64,000 nt of DNA from a virus, in IMG/VR virus record IMGVR_UViG_3300037657_000053, positions 1 to 64,000 of that record; one strand, given 5' to 3'. The notes under the pieces are model-generated. The model ran no database searches, had not been told where the DNA came from, and saw nothing but the letters and a program-made list of their open reading frames with translations. Below are positions 38,703-48,890 of the stretch, piece by piece; position 1 is the stretch's first letter; each line of letters opens with the position of its first letter. The translations under genes and the position numbers were made by a program.

Positions 38703-40778
38703 ATGGCTTCAAGAAGAGATTACTATTTTCGTCAAAAGGTAACTGAAGCCGAGCTCGATGCGGGCTTCAATGGTCTTGAGCAAGCCGATTTCAATTTGGC
38801 GATCGATCATGAGCTTACGGGGATCACGACCGGGCTCACGGTCTCCGAGGCGGCGGCTCCCGATTTGACTGTTGATGTAGCACTCGGAACGGCTTACTCC
38901 AAGCAAGGCGAGAGGATTCGAGTCTCGGGAACTCAGAATGTTGATTGTTCTCAAGATGATTCGGGGACACCGACGACCGTTGCGGTTCCAGGGAACACGA
39001 AAGTCGTCTCGGTTTTCATCGAATTCGACCGGTCGCTTTCCGATCCGAGGATCGATGGAAACTCTCTTACCGTTTACTTTCAACGAGATGAGAGTTACAA
39101 TTTTTCGGTCATTCAGGGAGCCGAAGCTCTCATAGGAACCGAGGTTCCACCTTCGCTCGATTCGGGGAAGTTGCTTCTTGCCGATATTCGTATCGAGAAC
39201 GGAACGGCGCAAATCCTCAACGCGCATGCAGTCGGAGCTTACGATCAGATCGACACGACTCGCCGTGAAGATGCTTTCAAATTTACCGGCGGCGCGGTCG
39301 AAATCGTCGAAGGTTCGGCTCATGATGCGTTCGACGCTCTTCTCACAGGCTTGAATAACCACATTGACGGGCTGGCAAACGTTCATCCTGCCGATGAGGT
39401 CTCGTTTGTCGATTCGGCCACATGGCGCGATGGAACGACTCTCGGCGGGGCGACGGTTGTCGATGATGTGCAGGAGGCGATCGACGCGGTTGTTACGGAT
39501 CTTGCTCTACAAGGTTCGGGGAATGACGGCGGGCTGAAGGTCGGGAAGTATCAGTCGGGAACGTGGCACGACGGAACCCGACTCGCGACTGGATCGTTGA
39601 GTTCTCAGATCGACGCGATCGTCTCGGGGCTTGCGGCGATCGCTGGGAATGGTGGCGGTGATAAGGTTGGTCTTCCCGCTCGATCTTCGGGAAGTGAGAC
39701 TCTCACGGCAGGTTCGATTTACGATCAAGTCGGCGAGTTGCTCGGGAAGATTGCGGTGAATTCTGGCTTCAATCAACTTGTTCGATGTTCCAATTTCTTT
39801 CGAGGTCAACCCTTCAACGATACATCGGGACCATACGGAGACTATCACGCGGTTGCTTTCGACAACGAGGATCGTTGGGTCGCAGTCGGAGAACGTAGCG
39901 GGGTCGGGCTCATTTCGTCGATCGACAATCCTCTTGCAGCCGTTGCCGGCGATTGGAACGATGAGGCTCCGGACGGAACGTCGGATTATCTATTTGACGT
40001 GATCTGGGCCGAGGGTCTTTTTGTTGCTGTCGGGAGGATTTCGGCGGCCGGCGGTGCGGCGGTTGAGACGTCTCCCGATGGTGATACATGGACGGCTCGC
40101 ACAGCAACGGGAATGACGACCGCCGGCGATTTGATAAGTTCGGTCGCTTACGATCCCGAGACCGAATATTTCGTTGCGGTCGGCGGAACGAAAATCATTC
40201 GATCGGCCGATGGGATCACATGGGCGGCGGCGAGTAACTATCCGGCCGTTACGAACTTTCAAATGGTTGCCTCGGATGGGAGTAAGTATCTCCTCGCGGT
40301 CGGAACAAGTCTCGGCGGGAATAACATCGCGATCTTCTCATCCGACGGCGGCGATAATTGGTCGACTGTGTTCGCGCCGGGAACCGGGACAACCCTTTAC
40401 GGAGCGGCATACGATGCGAAGTCTCGAAGGTGGTTTATCTCTGGTTCGTCGTCGAGTGAATACTTCCGAAGCAATGTCGGAGGAACGACCTTCGAGAATA
40501 TCCCTTGCACGATCACTTGGGGATTCGGACCGCAAGTGGCATGCGACGGATACGGAACGATCCTTTACGCTTCTCTTGGAGATGGAATAGCGGTCTCAAT
40601 TGACGGAGGCGAAACTTTCCATTCTGTCAAAATTGGAGACGGAACATCACAAATGGTTTGTGCCGGGGTGAAGTATGTCGCGGGGGCATTCTGGCTTTTT
40701 GACAACGACGACGCCCCGTTCGCGTGGCAATCTTTGGTTTCATTTGGCCACGCTGAAGAAAATATCACTTATCCATAA
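38703..40778 (+). CDS. Tail fibre with C-terminal BNR/Asp-box beta-propeller
   Basis: Follows gpI-like gene; repeated S.DG.TW and FVAVG motifs. Confidence 0.78.
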   Translation: MASRRDYYFRQKVTEAELDAGFNGLEQADFNLAIDHELTGITTGLTVSEAAAPDLTVDVALGTAYSKQGERIRVSGTQNVDCSQDDSGTPTTVAVPGNTKVVSVFIEFDRSLSDPRIDGNSLTVYFQRDESYNFSVIQGAEALIGTEVPPSLDSGKLLLADIRIENGTAQILNAHAVGAYDQIDTTRREDAFKFTGGAVEIVEGSAHDAFDALLTGLNNHIDGLANVHPADEVSFVDSATWRDGTTLGGATVVDDVQEAIDAVVTDLALQGSGNDGGLKVGKYQSGTWHDGTRLATGSLSSQIDAIVSGLAAIAGNGGGDKVGLPARSSGSETLTAGSIYDQVGELLGKIAVNSGFNQLVRCSNFFRGQPFNDTSGPYGDYHAVAFDNEDRWVAVGERSGVGLISSIDNPLAAVAGDWNDEAPDGTSDYLFDVIWAEGLFVAVGRISAAGGAAVETSPDGDTWTARTATGMTTAGDLISSVAYDPETEYFVAVGGTKIIRSADGITWAAASNYPAVTNFQMVASDGSKYLLAVGTSLGGNNIAIFSSDGGDNWSTVFAPGTGTTLYGAAYDAKSRRWFISGSSSSEYFRSNVGGTTFENIPCTITWGFGPQVACDGYGTILYASLGDGIAVSIDGGETFHSVKIGDGTSQMVCAGVKYVAGAFWLFDNDDAPFAWQSLVSFGHAEENITYP

Positions 40779-40807
40779 ATCAAAGTCGAGCGAGAGAACG
40801 GAGTCGA

Positions 40808-41377
40808 ATGGTGGAGCGACGTGAAGGGCGTGGTAACGGGACTGAGAGATACATGATATTCGGTCTTGAGCCCACGGGACCGAATGAAGATGAAAAAGAG
40901 AAGGGTTCGTCTGAGATCGATTGCACCGACGAAGTCAACGAAGCGAAGAGCGAGACGAAGAAGCGGTTACAGTGGCGATGGTGGTTGATTACGGTCGTGG
41001 TAGCACTCATCGGCGCGGGTTTCTATGCGTCACAGCATTTGACAGGTTCCTACGTTCGACGCGATGACTATCAACTGGCTCAGACGACACACCGCGAATC
41101 TCACAAAGAGATCACGTCGAAGATGGTCGACTTTGAAAGAACTCTCAACGAGGTCCGGATCGAACAAGCTCAACAAACCGAACGATCGAAACTGATCGAT
41201 GCGCGTCTCGAGTTGCTCATAGAAAGATCGAATCGTTCTGTACCTGTCAATTGGAGAGAAGAAGCCGATCTTCGTGAGACGATCGAACGACAAGAACGAC
41301 GCCTCAAACGTCTTGAGAACGATCCTCGATCCAAGCAATATCCTTCCGATGATCCTCTTTCCGACTTGTCTCATTAG
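40808..41377 (+). CDS. Single-pass membrane coiled-coil protein
   Basis: WWLITVVVALIGAGFYA hydrophobic segment. Confidence 0.65.
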   Translation: MVERREGRGNGTERYMIFGLEPTGPNEDEKEKGSSEIDCTDEVNEAKSETKKRLQWRWWLITVVVALIGAGFYASQHLTGSYVRRDDYQLAQTTHRESHKEITSKMVDFERTLNEVRIEQAQQTERSKLIDARLELLIERSNRSVPVNWREEADLRETIERQERRLKRLENDPRSKQYPSDDPLSDLSH

Positions 41378-41435
41378 CTTCATTCCTCGATAATGTCTTC
41401 GGCGCGAACAATGGCGCCAGAAAGAAAGGGAACCG

Positions 41436-41822
41436 ATGGATTCGTTCATGGAAGCTCACGTCTATTCGATCGTTCACTGGCCATTCTTCGCATTTGCTTT
41501 CGTGGCGATGCTTTTCAATCAAGTCATGAAGAGCGCGATCTTCACGAAGGCAAGGGCAATCACGAAGGGTAAAGGTCAATGGTTTTTTTGGTGGGCGCGG
41601 AAGACTCTTCCGCTTCATCCGGTTCTTGTCGGTGCGCTCGTCGGTTTCATATGGAGGAATCCAGAACAAGCCGATCCGACTTGGCCATGGATTGCGCCGG
41701 TCTTCTATTTTGCTCTTGCCGGAACGCTTTCGGTTTGGATTTACCAAATCATCAAGGGAATAGCGAAGAAGAAGGGGATCGAACTCGAACCGCTTCCCGG
41801 GTACGAGGAAACGAACCTATGA
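41436..41822 (+). CDS. Putative holin
   Basis: 128 aa, three hydrophobic segments, charged C-terminus. Confidence 0.6.
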   Translation: MDSFMEAHVYSIVHWPFFAFAFVAMLFNQVMKSAIFTKARAITKGKGQWFFWWARKTLPLHPVLVGALVGFIWRNPEQADPTWPWIAPVFYFALAGTLSVWIYQIIKGIAKKKGIELEPLPGYEETNL

Positions 41823-42148
41823 AGTTTTTTAGGTGGCTCAAGAGGAACGCATGGGCGGTTGCGGTGGCTTTCGTTACCGCTCTCGGTGCCGGGATCTTTT
41901 GGGCATACCATCGGGGTCGGGTTCGTTCGCTCGAGGTCCAAGTTGCCGTCGAGAAGGCTCACGCGAGAGTTGCGGCTCTTGACGCCGAACGCAGTTCTCT
42001 CGAGGAACGACGAGAAGCGAACGCGGCTCGTATTGAAGCTCTCGAGGAAGAGAAGCGAGCAATCCGAGCGGAAGCCGTCGCTCTCGAGGAAGATGTGGAG
42101 GGAAAGACCGATGACGAGATCGAACGTGCATTCGGGGCTCTGTACTGA
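41819..42148 (+). CDS. Putative inner-membrane spanin-like protein
   Basis: N-terminal TM plus coiled coil; ATGA coupling with the holin-like gene. Confidence 0.5.
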   Translation: MKFFRWLKRNAWAVAVAFVTALGAGIFWAYHRGRVRSLEVQVAVEKAHARVAALDAERSSLEERREANAARIEALEEEKRAIRAEAVALEEDVEGKTDDEIERAFGALY

Positions 42149-42149
42149 C

Positions 42150-42683
42150 ATGCCTTTTCCTGCCGCTGGAAGGCCCCTCAGAGCCCGTCTAGTTGGGGGG
42201 GCCCTATCACTCGTTCTCGTGGCTATCGGGCCTTCTAGGCCCCTTCTCGCGGAAGAGGAGGGCATCTCTGGCGACTCTCAGTGTCAAGAGCTCGAGACGG
42301 CCGCCGACGGGGCTCCCGATCCCGAGCAGATCGAGCATGATGGGATCGCCGGAATGTTCTTTCCCATGGTCACGTCTCGGTTGATCTTGTGCGAGGTGAG
42401 AGAGCTTCGTCTTCGTCGTCGAGAAGCGGGGGTTGAATCTCGGTTGATTCATGCTTGGCGTCTTCAAGTCGATTTTACCGAACGCCAACGTGATCTTGCC
42501 GTTCAAGCTCGGGATCAACTTGCCGAAGTGATCGACGTTGCGGAACGGCGAGCTCGCGAAGCCGAAGATCGTGCGGTGGCATGGTATCGGTCTCCGTTCC
42601 TATGGCTCTCGGTAGGGGTGGTTCTCACGGTGGGTCTATACTTTGCCGCTTCATACGGGATCAGATCGCTTGCCCCCGACTAA
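42150..42683 (+). CDS. Signal peptide, coiled coil and C-terminal TM protein (spanin-like)
   Basis: Hydrophobic N- and C-termini. Confidence 0.5.
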   Translation: MPFPAAGRPLRARLVGGALSLVLVAIGPSRPLLAEEEGISGDSQCQELETAADGAPDPEQIEHDGIAGMFFPMVTSRLILCEVRELRLRRREAGVESRLIHAWRLQVDFTERQRDLAVQARDQLAEVIDVAERRAREAEDRAVAWYRSPFLWLSVGVVLTVGLYFAASYGIRSLAPD

Positions 42684-42848
42684 GGGGGCTCGCTCAAGTC
42701 GCCCCACCCTTCCTCGATTCTCGAAGAGAACCGACTCGATACGATTCCATCGCACGAAGACGGCGCCGCAATGACGACAACGGGCCGCTTTCGTCGTGGT
42801 CATTGCGCCGCATTCCCCGCATATAGCGGGGCGTTTCGGTTGGGCCAT
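42651..42848 (-). CDS. Small zinc-ribbon protein
   Basis: CGEC...CRHC; downstream of the MazG-like gene. Confidence 0.5.
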   Translation of the reverse strand: MAQPKRPAICGECGAMTTTKAARCRHCGAVFVRWNRIESVLFENRGRVGRLERAPLVGGKRSDPV

Positions 42849-42859
42849 TCATGGTCGCC

Positions 42860-43405
42860 TCACGCCTTCTCGTTGTCTTTCCCGTGACGCAAGCCACGGG
42901 CCCGGTTTTTCTCGTTTTTTACGAGGATTGCTCCGAACAGATCGATCTCGAGGAGGTCGGCGAGATCGAAGGTCTCTTTCAGGCCGAGCTCAATGTGAGA
43001 GATGAAGTCTCGCTCGTTGTTCTTGCGCCAACATTCGAGAGCTTTTGCACAGTGAGAGAAGATCGGAAGGAGCAAGCTCTCGATTTTCTGGAATGGGATC
43101 TGTCGAGTGTATGGCTTGCGACCGGTTACTCGATCGCACCAATTCTCGCCAGCGATTCCGGATAACAACGAGAGAAGTCGGATTGCGATATCTGCAATCT
43201 CTTCTTCGAGCGGGTCGTGGCCCGAGCCGTTCACAGCGTCGATCGCCTCATCGATCTCGGTGAAGATGTAGGCAACTTTCCGAACGGCGGTTTCCCAATT
43301 TGCCGGCTCGAAACCATTTGCGAGAACAATCGTTTCACATTCCGTCGCAAGTTTGTGAAGGTCGGCGGTTGATTTCTTATACATGAACGGCTCGATCAAA
43401 ATCAT
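42860..43405 (-). CDS. MazG-like all-alpha NTP pyrophosphohydrolase
   Basis: TEIDEA...EEEIADIAIR; C-terminal K...N..R..RHGK. Confidence 0.75.
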   Translation of the reverse strand: MILIEPFMYKKSTADLHKLATECETIVLANGFEPANWETAVRKVAYIFTEIDEAIDAVNGSGHDPLEEEIADIAIRLLSLLSGIAGENWCDRVTGRKPYTRQIPFQKIESLLLPIFSHCAKALECWRKNNERDFISHIELGLKETFDLADLLEIDLFGAILVKNEKNRARGLRHGKDNEKA

Positions 43406-43534
43406 GAGTCGATCCTTTCGTGGTTGTCCCGATTATCGGACGGTTGATCAACTTCTCGAGTGGTGGAAACCCGGGTTTACACTTGAAATGGTTTGACGAT
43501 GTGACATGCCTCGCCCATGTGATATGATTCAAGC

Positions 43535-44251
43535 ATGAAACATTTCAAACGATTTTTCGTGTTCTATGCGTCGGCTCTCGTCGACTTGACGATCGCCTTT
43601 CCCATGGTCTTGCTCGTTCGAGCATTCTGGGGGCGTGATCTGAGATGGGCTCGGGGGGTTCTCTCTTGTGAGCTCCGTCCCGAGTCGTGGGCTCTCGGTG
43701 GGAAGATCGATCCTTCGACGGGGCTCTTGAAGAATCGGTTCCCCCTGTGGTGGCCGGCCGGATGGTATCTTTACAACCGACGGGCGGCCGTCGCCCGTGA
43801 GGAGAAGCCGAGATCGTGGGGCGGAACCTCGATCGGACATGGTCAGATCTTCGGGCCCGGGAACCGGGGCTCGATCGAAGAACCGAGCTCTGTTGAGGTT
43901 CACGAGGATCATCACACCGCACAAGCCGAAGCCGCTCAAATGGGAGCTTGCCTTCTCGCTCATCTCTTCTTCATCGTTGCGACGGCTTGGGGCCATTGGA
44001 TCGCCGGGCTCATCTTCCTCTTCGTGGTTTGGGGGCTTGGTGGCAACGTCTTGAACGCTTGCGGGGGGTGGTCGGTTGCTTGGCTCAATGGACACCCCGA
44101 CGGCTTCTATCGAGGGTCGGCTCATGAGATCGGAGCATGGGCGGTCGGTCGAATGTATGCTGAGAGCTTGAAGTCGAAGAATGATAAACAAGCTCGTCGA
44201 GTTCTTGCCATGAAGACTCTTATTCAACCGAAGAGCGGGGGCGGTCTATGA
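43535..44251 (+). CDS. Membrane protein with HExxH motif
   Basis: VHEDHH, hydrophobic helices, downstream Y....E..A. Confidence 0.65.
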   Translation: MKHFKRFFVFYASALVDLTIAFPMVLLVRAFWGRDLRWARGVLSCELRPESWALGGKIDPSTGLLKNRFPLWWPAGWYLYNRRAAVAREEKPRSWGGTSIGHGQIFGPGNRGSIEEPSSVEVHEDHHTAQAEAAQMGACLLAHLFFIVATAWGHWIAGLIFLFVVWGLGGNVLNACGGWSVAWLNGHPDGFYRGSAHEIGAWAVGRMYAESLKSKNDKQARRVLAMKTLIQPKSGGGL

Positions 44252-44547
44252 TGATCAAGCCCGGTTCAACTTCCGAAGACTTCGAGGAAGAGCTCGAATC
44301 TGAATTCGAGGCACCTCGAATTGGTTCGGCTTCTGAAGATCCCGAGCCCATCATCCTTTCTGATACCTCGAGGGTCGGGCGGGCTCACTATGAGGGAATG
44401 AGCGAGGTCGAAGCGGTGAAGACCTTCCACGAAGAGAGTCTTTGCGGCTCTTGTTTCATGTCGGCAATGTGCCGGGTTGCGGTCGGCGTCGATAGCTCGC
44501 TCACCGTAGTTTCACGGTGTCTGGCCTATCTACCGCCAGAGGGTTAG
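44248..44547 (+). CDS. Hypothetical Cys-cluster protein
   Basis: CGSC....C...C; coupled start. Confidence 0.6.
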   Translation: MMIKPGSTSEDFEEELESEFEAPRIGSASEDPEPIILSDTSRVGRAHYEGMSEVEAVKTFHEESLCGSCFMSAMCRVAVGVDSSLTVVSRCLAYLPPEG

Positions 44548-44549
44548 AC

Positions 44550-44925
44550 TCTAGAATCGGGCCGCCGGTCCGCTTCTTCTCGAAGGCGTCCCCCTTGCGT
44601 CTTCGGTGTGGAAGTGAAATTTCCGGCGGCCCGATTGGTCTCCCCCCTAACAACCCCCCTCTATTCTCTTTCTAAGTTATAAACAACAGATTCTTAGATC
44701 TAAGAATCTAAGAGAATAATCAAATGTATAACTAAGAGGGTGTGACTCACGGTTGTCCTCGCTCAAAGAACCCTTCGGGTTCTTTTCGCTGCGGAAACCG
44801 AGTCACACCCTACGCGCACGCGCGCGAGGCGCGGCGGGGTGCCTCGAGACGAGAGAACACCGGAAAGTTGGAAACCCGGGTTTCCAAGACGATTCGCCTT
44901 GTGAGTTCGTGTCCGATAATCAGGT
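44550..44925. other. Structured non-coding region, candidate replication origin/regulatory hub
   Basis: 14-bp inverted repeat 44555-44636, AT-rich tract with 22-bp palindrome 44688-44709, hairpin 44765-44786, one dispersed palindrome copy, one promoter motif. Confidence 0.55.
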
Positions 44926-46437
44926 ATGGTCAAGATGAAGCTACCTGACCCGCTCGTCGCCGTGATCGATTCACGAATATGGCTTCCGCCCGGGTTGCCC
45001 CGTCCGTTCGAGAACGCGGTGAAGAATCGGTTCACGCACAAGAACCCCGACTTCTTCCGAGCTCGGAATATGGGTTTCGCGACTTGGGGGATCGACTCGA
45101 AGATCTCGACGTGGGAGATGAGAACCGATCGGCTAGGCGAACGACTAACGATTCCGAGGGGTGGAACGAGAGCTCTTCGGGAATTGTGTGAGTCGTTTGG
45201 GATTAGATTGAAGTGGTTGGATCGGCGGACTATCGCCCCGACCGACTTTCCCTTCTTCAAGGTTCACCCCGATCGCCCGTATGAGCTTCGGGACTATCAA
45301 GCCGAGGGGGTGGCGGTCTCCCTCGAGAAGCAGCAAGGGATCGTGAGAAGTCCGACCGGCTCGGGAAAGACGACTTCGGCTCTCGCTCTCATCTTCGAGG
45401 CGCAAGAACGAGCTCTCGTGATCATGCGAGACCGAAACCTTCTCAAACAATGGCGAGCCGACGTGAAGAGCTCGCTCGGTCTCACGAACAAAGAGATCGG
45501 GCATATCATGAGCGGGCGTAAATACTTCCCCGGTCGGAAGATCGTTCTTGCGCTTCAACAGACCCTCTTCGCTCGGATCGATGAATGTCTCGAGATCTTT
45601 CGAGACGACCCCTTCGGCATCGTCGTGATCGACGAGGTTCAACTTCTCGCGGCGAAGACTTTCATCACGGTCGTTGACGCGATCCCGGCGAAGATGCGAA
45701 TCGGCTTCTCGGCCGATGAGCGGCGGAAGGATGGGAAGGAATTTCTGATCTATGACTACATGGGCGAGGTGATTCACGAGACCGAGCGGAAGAAGCTCGA
45801 ATCTCTTCAAGTGATCCATCCCGTGACGATTCGCGTCGTTGAGAGCGACTTTCGCGCCGATTGGTATCGCGATGCGGAAGCGAACGAGCGAGACTTCGGG
45901 AAGCTTCTCGAAGAAATGACCGACAATCACCAGAGGAACTTCTTGATTCTCGAGACTATTCGGGGAATGTTCCTCGCTGGTGAGGTTCCCGTTCTCGTCT
46001 TCACTTCTCGGCGGGAACATGCTCACGAGCTCGCTGTAGACTACCTCACGCCGAACGGGCTCGAGACAGGGATTCTCATCGGGGGAACCGGGAAGGACGC
46101 GGAACGCTTCGAGCTCGACAAGGCGGCTCTTCTCTCAGAGAAGCTTCACGTCGGAATCGGCACCTTCCAAGCGATTGGAGTGGGCCACAATATTCCGGTT
46201 CTGAGAGCCGGCCTTTGTTCGACGCCGGTCTCGAAGCATAACCCACAATTTTTCGGCCAAGTGAGGGGAAGGTTTTGCCGAACCTCGAAGGCTACCGGGA
46301 AAACAGAGGCTTTTTTGTATTATATCTGGGATCGCGAGATCTTTCCCGATCATCTCCGTTTTCTCGAACGGCACAATAGAGGGCGAGTGCAACTCTTTCG
46401 GGGCGGCGAGTGGATTTCGCTCTCTTCCGTCCGATAA
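44926..46437 (+). CDS. Superfamily 2 DExD/H helicase
   Basis: LRDYQ, PTGSGKT, DEVQ, SA, QVRGR. Confidence 0.88.
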   Translation: MVKMKLPDPLVAVIDSRIWLPPGLPRPFENAVKNRFTHKNPDFFRARNMGFATWGIDSKISTWEMRTDRLGERLTIPRGGTRALRELCESFGIRLKWLDRRTIAPTDFPFFKVHPDRPYELRDYQAEGVAVSLEKQQGIVRSPTGSGKTTSALALIFEAQERALVIMRDRNLLKQWRADVKSSLGLTNKEIGHIMSGRKYFPGRKIVLALQQTLFARIDECLEIFRDDPFGIVVIDEVQLLAAKTFITVVDAIPAKMRIGFSADERRKDGKEFLIYDYMGEVIHETERKKLESLQVIHPVTIRVVESDFRADWYRDAEANERDFGKLLEEMTDNHQRNFLILETIRGMFLAGEVPVLVFTSRREHAHELAVDYLTPNGLETGILIGGTGKDAERFELDKAALLSEKLHVGIGTFQAIGVGHNIPVLRAGLCSTPVSKHNPQFFGQVRGRFCRTSKATGKTEAFLYYIWDREIFPDHLRFLERHNRGRVQLFRGGEWISLSSVR

Positions 46438-46464
46438 TCATGACAAGAGTCGAAACGAGGCAAC

Positions 46465-46851
46465 GTGCGACAACGTAAGGTGACAACAGGAACTCCTCTT
46501 CTTGGCTCTCAGACGGCCGGGGCGGAGCCTCGAGTTACGACAACATCTTCGGTCATGACCGGCCGTGAGATCGATTCTAGGCCCCTTCCTGACTTCGAGG
46601 TTCGGGAAGGCGATCGGCTCACCGTGCTATACAACGGAGCAAAGTTACAAGTCGCCCCGTTCTCGTTGGTTGAGCTTGATGCGGGGATCTATTCCCGAAG
46701 TCTTCAACCGGGCGACGACGCGGCCGAACAATGGGATCGCGTTCATGGCTTCCTCGAAAGGAAGTGTCTCGAGAGAGCTCGTGCGAAGCTTCAGGCTTAC
46801 GCGGAAGAGCTCGCCGAAGCAAAGGCTATTGCTGCCGGTAAGCACCGATGA
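46465..46851 (+). CDS. Hypothetical protein
   Basis: GAGG RBS; follows a promoter motif. Confidence 0.65.
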   Translation: MRQRKVTTGTPLLGSQTAGAEPRVTTTSSVMTGREIDSRPLPDFEVREGDRLTVLYNGAKLQVAPFSLVELDAGIYSRSLQPGDDAAEQWDRVHGFLERKCLERARAKLQAYAEELAEAKAIAAGKHR

Positions 46852-47435
46852 TCTCGAGGAAGAAAATCAAACCGGGAACCGCGTCGGTCGTTGCGGTAGT
46901 CTTGGAAACCCGGGTTTCCAAACCATTACAACTCGGTTTTCAACTCGACGATCTCAGAGAGAACAGGAAGAAGGCGGCGTTTGTTGATGCCTTCTTGAAC
47001 CACGGGCAGGGGAAGAGACCGACGAAGGGTAAGGTCGGGAGGGCGAAGGCGACCCCAATCGAGCTCGCCGTCGCCGAAGCGAAGAGGCGATCTCGTGAGG
47101 GCGATTGGTCGGGAGCGAAGGGGAAGGTATTTGTTGGTTTGTATGCTCTTTGCCATGAGATAGTTTATGGCGACGTTCCTCTTGAGCTCACCGAGAATCA
47201 AGAGCTCACGATCGGGGCCCGTATGGTGAACCGAGTTCTTCACGACTTCTTCGATGATGATCCCGACGCTCTTGTCGAGTTCATAAAATGGTCGTGGGAA
47301 GCCGAGAAGAGGAAAGAGTCGTGGGCTCTTCGCAACGGGATTAGTCGTCAACGAATGAGAGTGAGACTTCAATTCTCTGCTCGCTTGGTTCAAGATTATC
47401 GGACCGAAAAACAGAGAAGTGGACGTCGAAGGTGA
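46848..47435 (+). CDS. Hypothetical protein, possible initiator/helicase loader
   Basis: Directly upstream of the DnaB-like gene; contains a palindrome copy. Confidence 0.6.
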   Translation: MISRKKIKPGTASVVAVVLETRVSKPLQLGFQLDDLRENRKKAAFVDAFLNHGQGKRPTKGKVGRAKATPIELAVAEAKRRSREGDWSGAKGKVFVGLYALCHEIVYGDVPLELTENQELTIGARMVNRVLHDFFDDDPDALVEFIKWSWEAEKRKESWALRNGISRQRMRVRLQFSARLVQDYRTEKQRSGRRR

Positions 47436-47474
47436 ACTCAATCGTAAGAGTAAAGAGCGGAAAAGGTTGGTCTC

Positions 47475-48890
47475 ATGTCCGATAAAGATATCAAGGCTGA
47501 GTTCATATATGATAGTGCAAATGAGATAATTGTGATCCAAGCCGCGAAGGGCGACGCGAAGAAGCGGAAAGAGCTCGTTCATCGAATCGCCGCCGACGAG
47601 TTTTTTGTTCCGAACCACGGGCCGATCTGGCGAGCTCTTCGGGCGATGAGCGATCGAAACCTTGAGCTCACTCCCGACGTCGCGCGTCAACTTATTCTCA
47701 AAGAAGGTGGAACCGAAGAAGTCGTAAGCTACTTCGACGCGATCGCGGCTCGAGAGGTTCCGAACCTCGATTTTCATCTCTCGACTCTCCAGTGGGATGC
47801 CACGAGAGCTCGGGTGCTCAAGTCGGGTGCTCCTAAGCTTCTCGCGTCGCTTCAAGACCCTCACGCTTCGCAGGGCGATGTGATGTGTTTCGCTCGTTCT
47901 CTCGCTCGTTCTCTCGAGGGCGGCGACCGTCGATTTATGCACCGGCCTCCTGAGCTTTATCGCAGCTATCGAGCCGAGCGATCGGCCCGTAGAGTGAAGC
48001 GGAACGTCTTCCCTCTTGGGCATGAAGATTTCGATCGGAATCTCTCAGAGGGGTTCATGCCCGGGAGAACGACCGTCTCAGCGGGGCTTTCGGGGGCTGG
48101 GAAGTCGACGGTTTGGATCGCCTTTGCGGTCATGCTCGCGAAGCTCGGGCGGCGCGTTCTGTGGTGCTGTTGGGAGATGGACGCTCACTCTGTTCTCGAC
48201 GTTGCGACTTCGCACATGACCGGAATTGATCTCACTGCCAATATTCAGGGTAATACGACCGATGAGGAAGAAACGAGACTTGACAAGGCGACGGCTTGGA
48301 TTCTTCGTCGAATCGTTTTCATGGCGAATCCCTTCTATGCAATCGAAGAGAGCGCGAAACCGTCAAATGCTCGGAACCTTGACGTTCTTGAGGGATATAT
48401 CACCGAGTCGGGTTGTGATGTGGCGATCTATGATCTTTGGGAAAGGATGCTCGCCTATTCCAAGCCTGACGACGTGACGAAGGCTCTCTATAGAATGCAA
48501 GCGATGCACCGGGAATATTCGGTTCACGGTGTGATCATTCAACAATTGCATTTGAAGGACGTCGAGAACCGAGCCGACAAGCGACCGACGAGAGCGGCGA
48601 TCAAGGGTGTCGGTTCATATGTCGAGGTTGCGGATCTGATCATCGGCATTCATAGAGAAGGTCAATTCAAGAACGTTCAAGATAACACGATCGAAACCAT
48701 TTGTTTGAAGCAACGTAAGGGGCGCCCAAATTGGGCGGTCAGGTGGGATTGGGATGGGCCGACTTGTTTCGTTGGTAACCCAAGAGAAGTGTCTTATGAT
48801 CCAGGTCTCGAAAATTCGGCCGAGATCGGAGATATCGGGAGCATTCAAACGAAGAAGAGTCGTCAACAAGTCGGGAGAAGAGATCAATGA
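47475..48890 (+). CDS. dnaB: Replicative DnaB-like helicase
   Basis: FF.P.H..IW N-terminus, GLSGAGKS, WEM, QL, ADLII.IHR, KQR.G. Confidence 0.85.
   Translation: MSDKDIKAEFIYDSANEIIVIQAAKGDAKKRKELVHRIAADEFFVPNHGPIWRALRAMSDRNLELTPDVARQLILKEGGTEEVVSYFDAIAAREVPNLDFHLSTLQWDATRARVLKSGAPKLLASLQDPHASQGDVMCFARSLARSLEGGDRRFMHRPPELYRSYRAERSARRVKRNVFPLGHEDFDRNLSEGFMPGRTTVSAGLSGAGKSTVWIAFAVMLAKLGRRVLWCCWEMDAHSVLDVATSHMTGIDLTANIQGNTTDEEETRLDKATAWILRRIVFMANPFYAIEESAKPSNARNLDVLEGYITESGCDVAIYDLWERMLAYSKPDDVTKALYRMQAMHREYSVHGVIIQQLHLKDVENRADKRPTRAAIKGVGSYVEVADLIIGIHREGQFKNVQDNTIETICLKQRKGRPNWAVRWDWDGPTCFVGNPREVSYDPGLENSAEIGDIGSIQTKKSRQQVGRRDQ

Noticed and set aside
20691-40778. Extracellular contractile injection system or tailocin
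   Set aside because: Portal, capsid and a full replication module are present, so this is a phage
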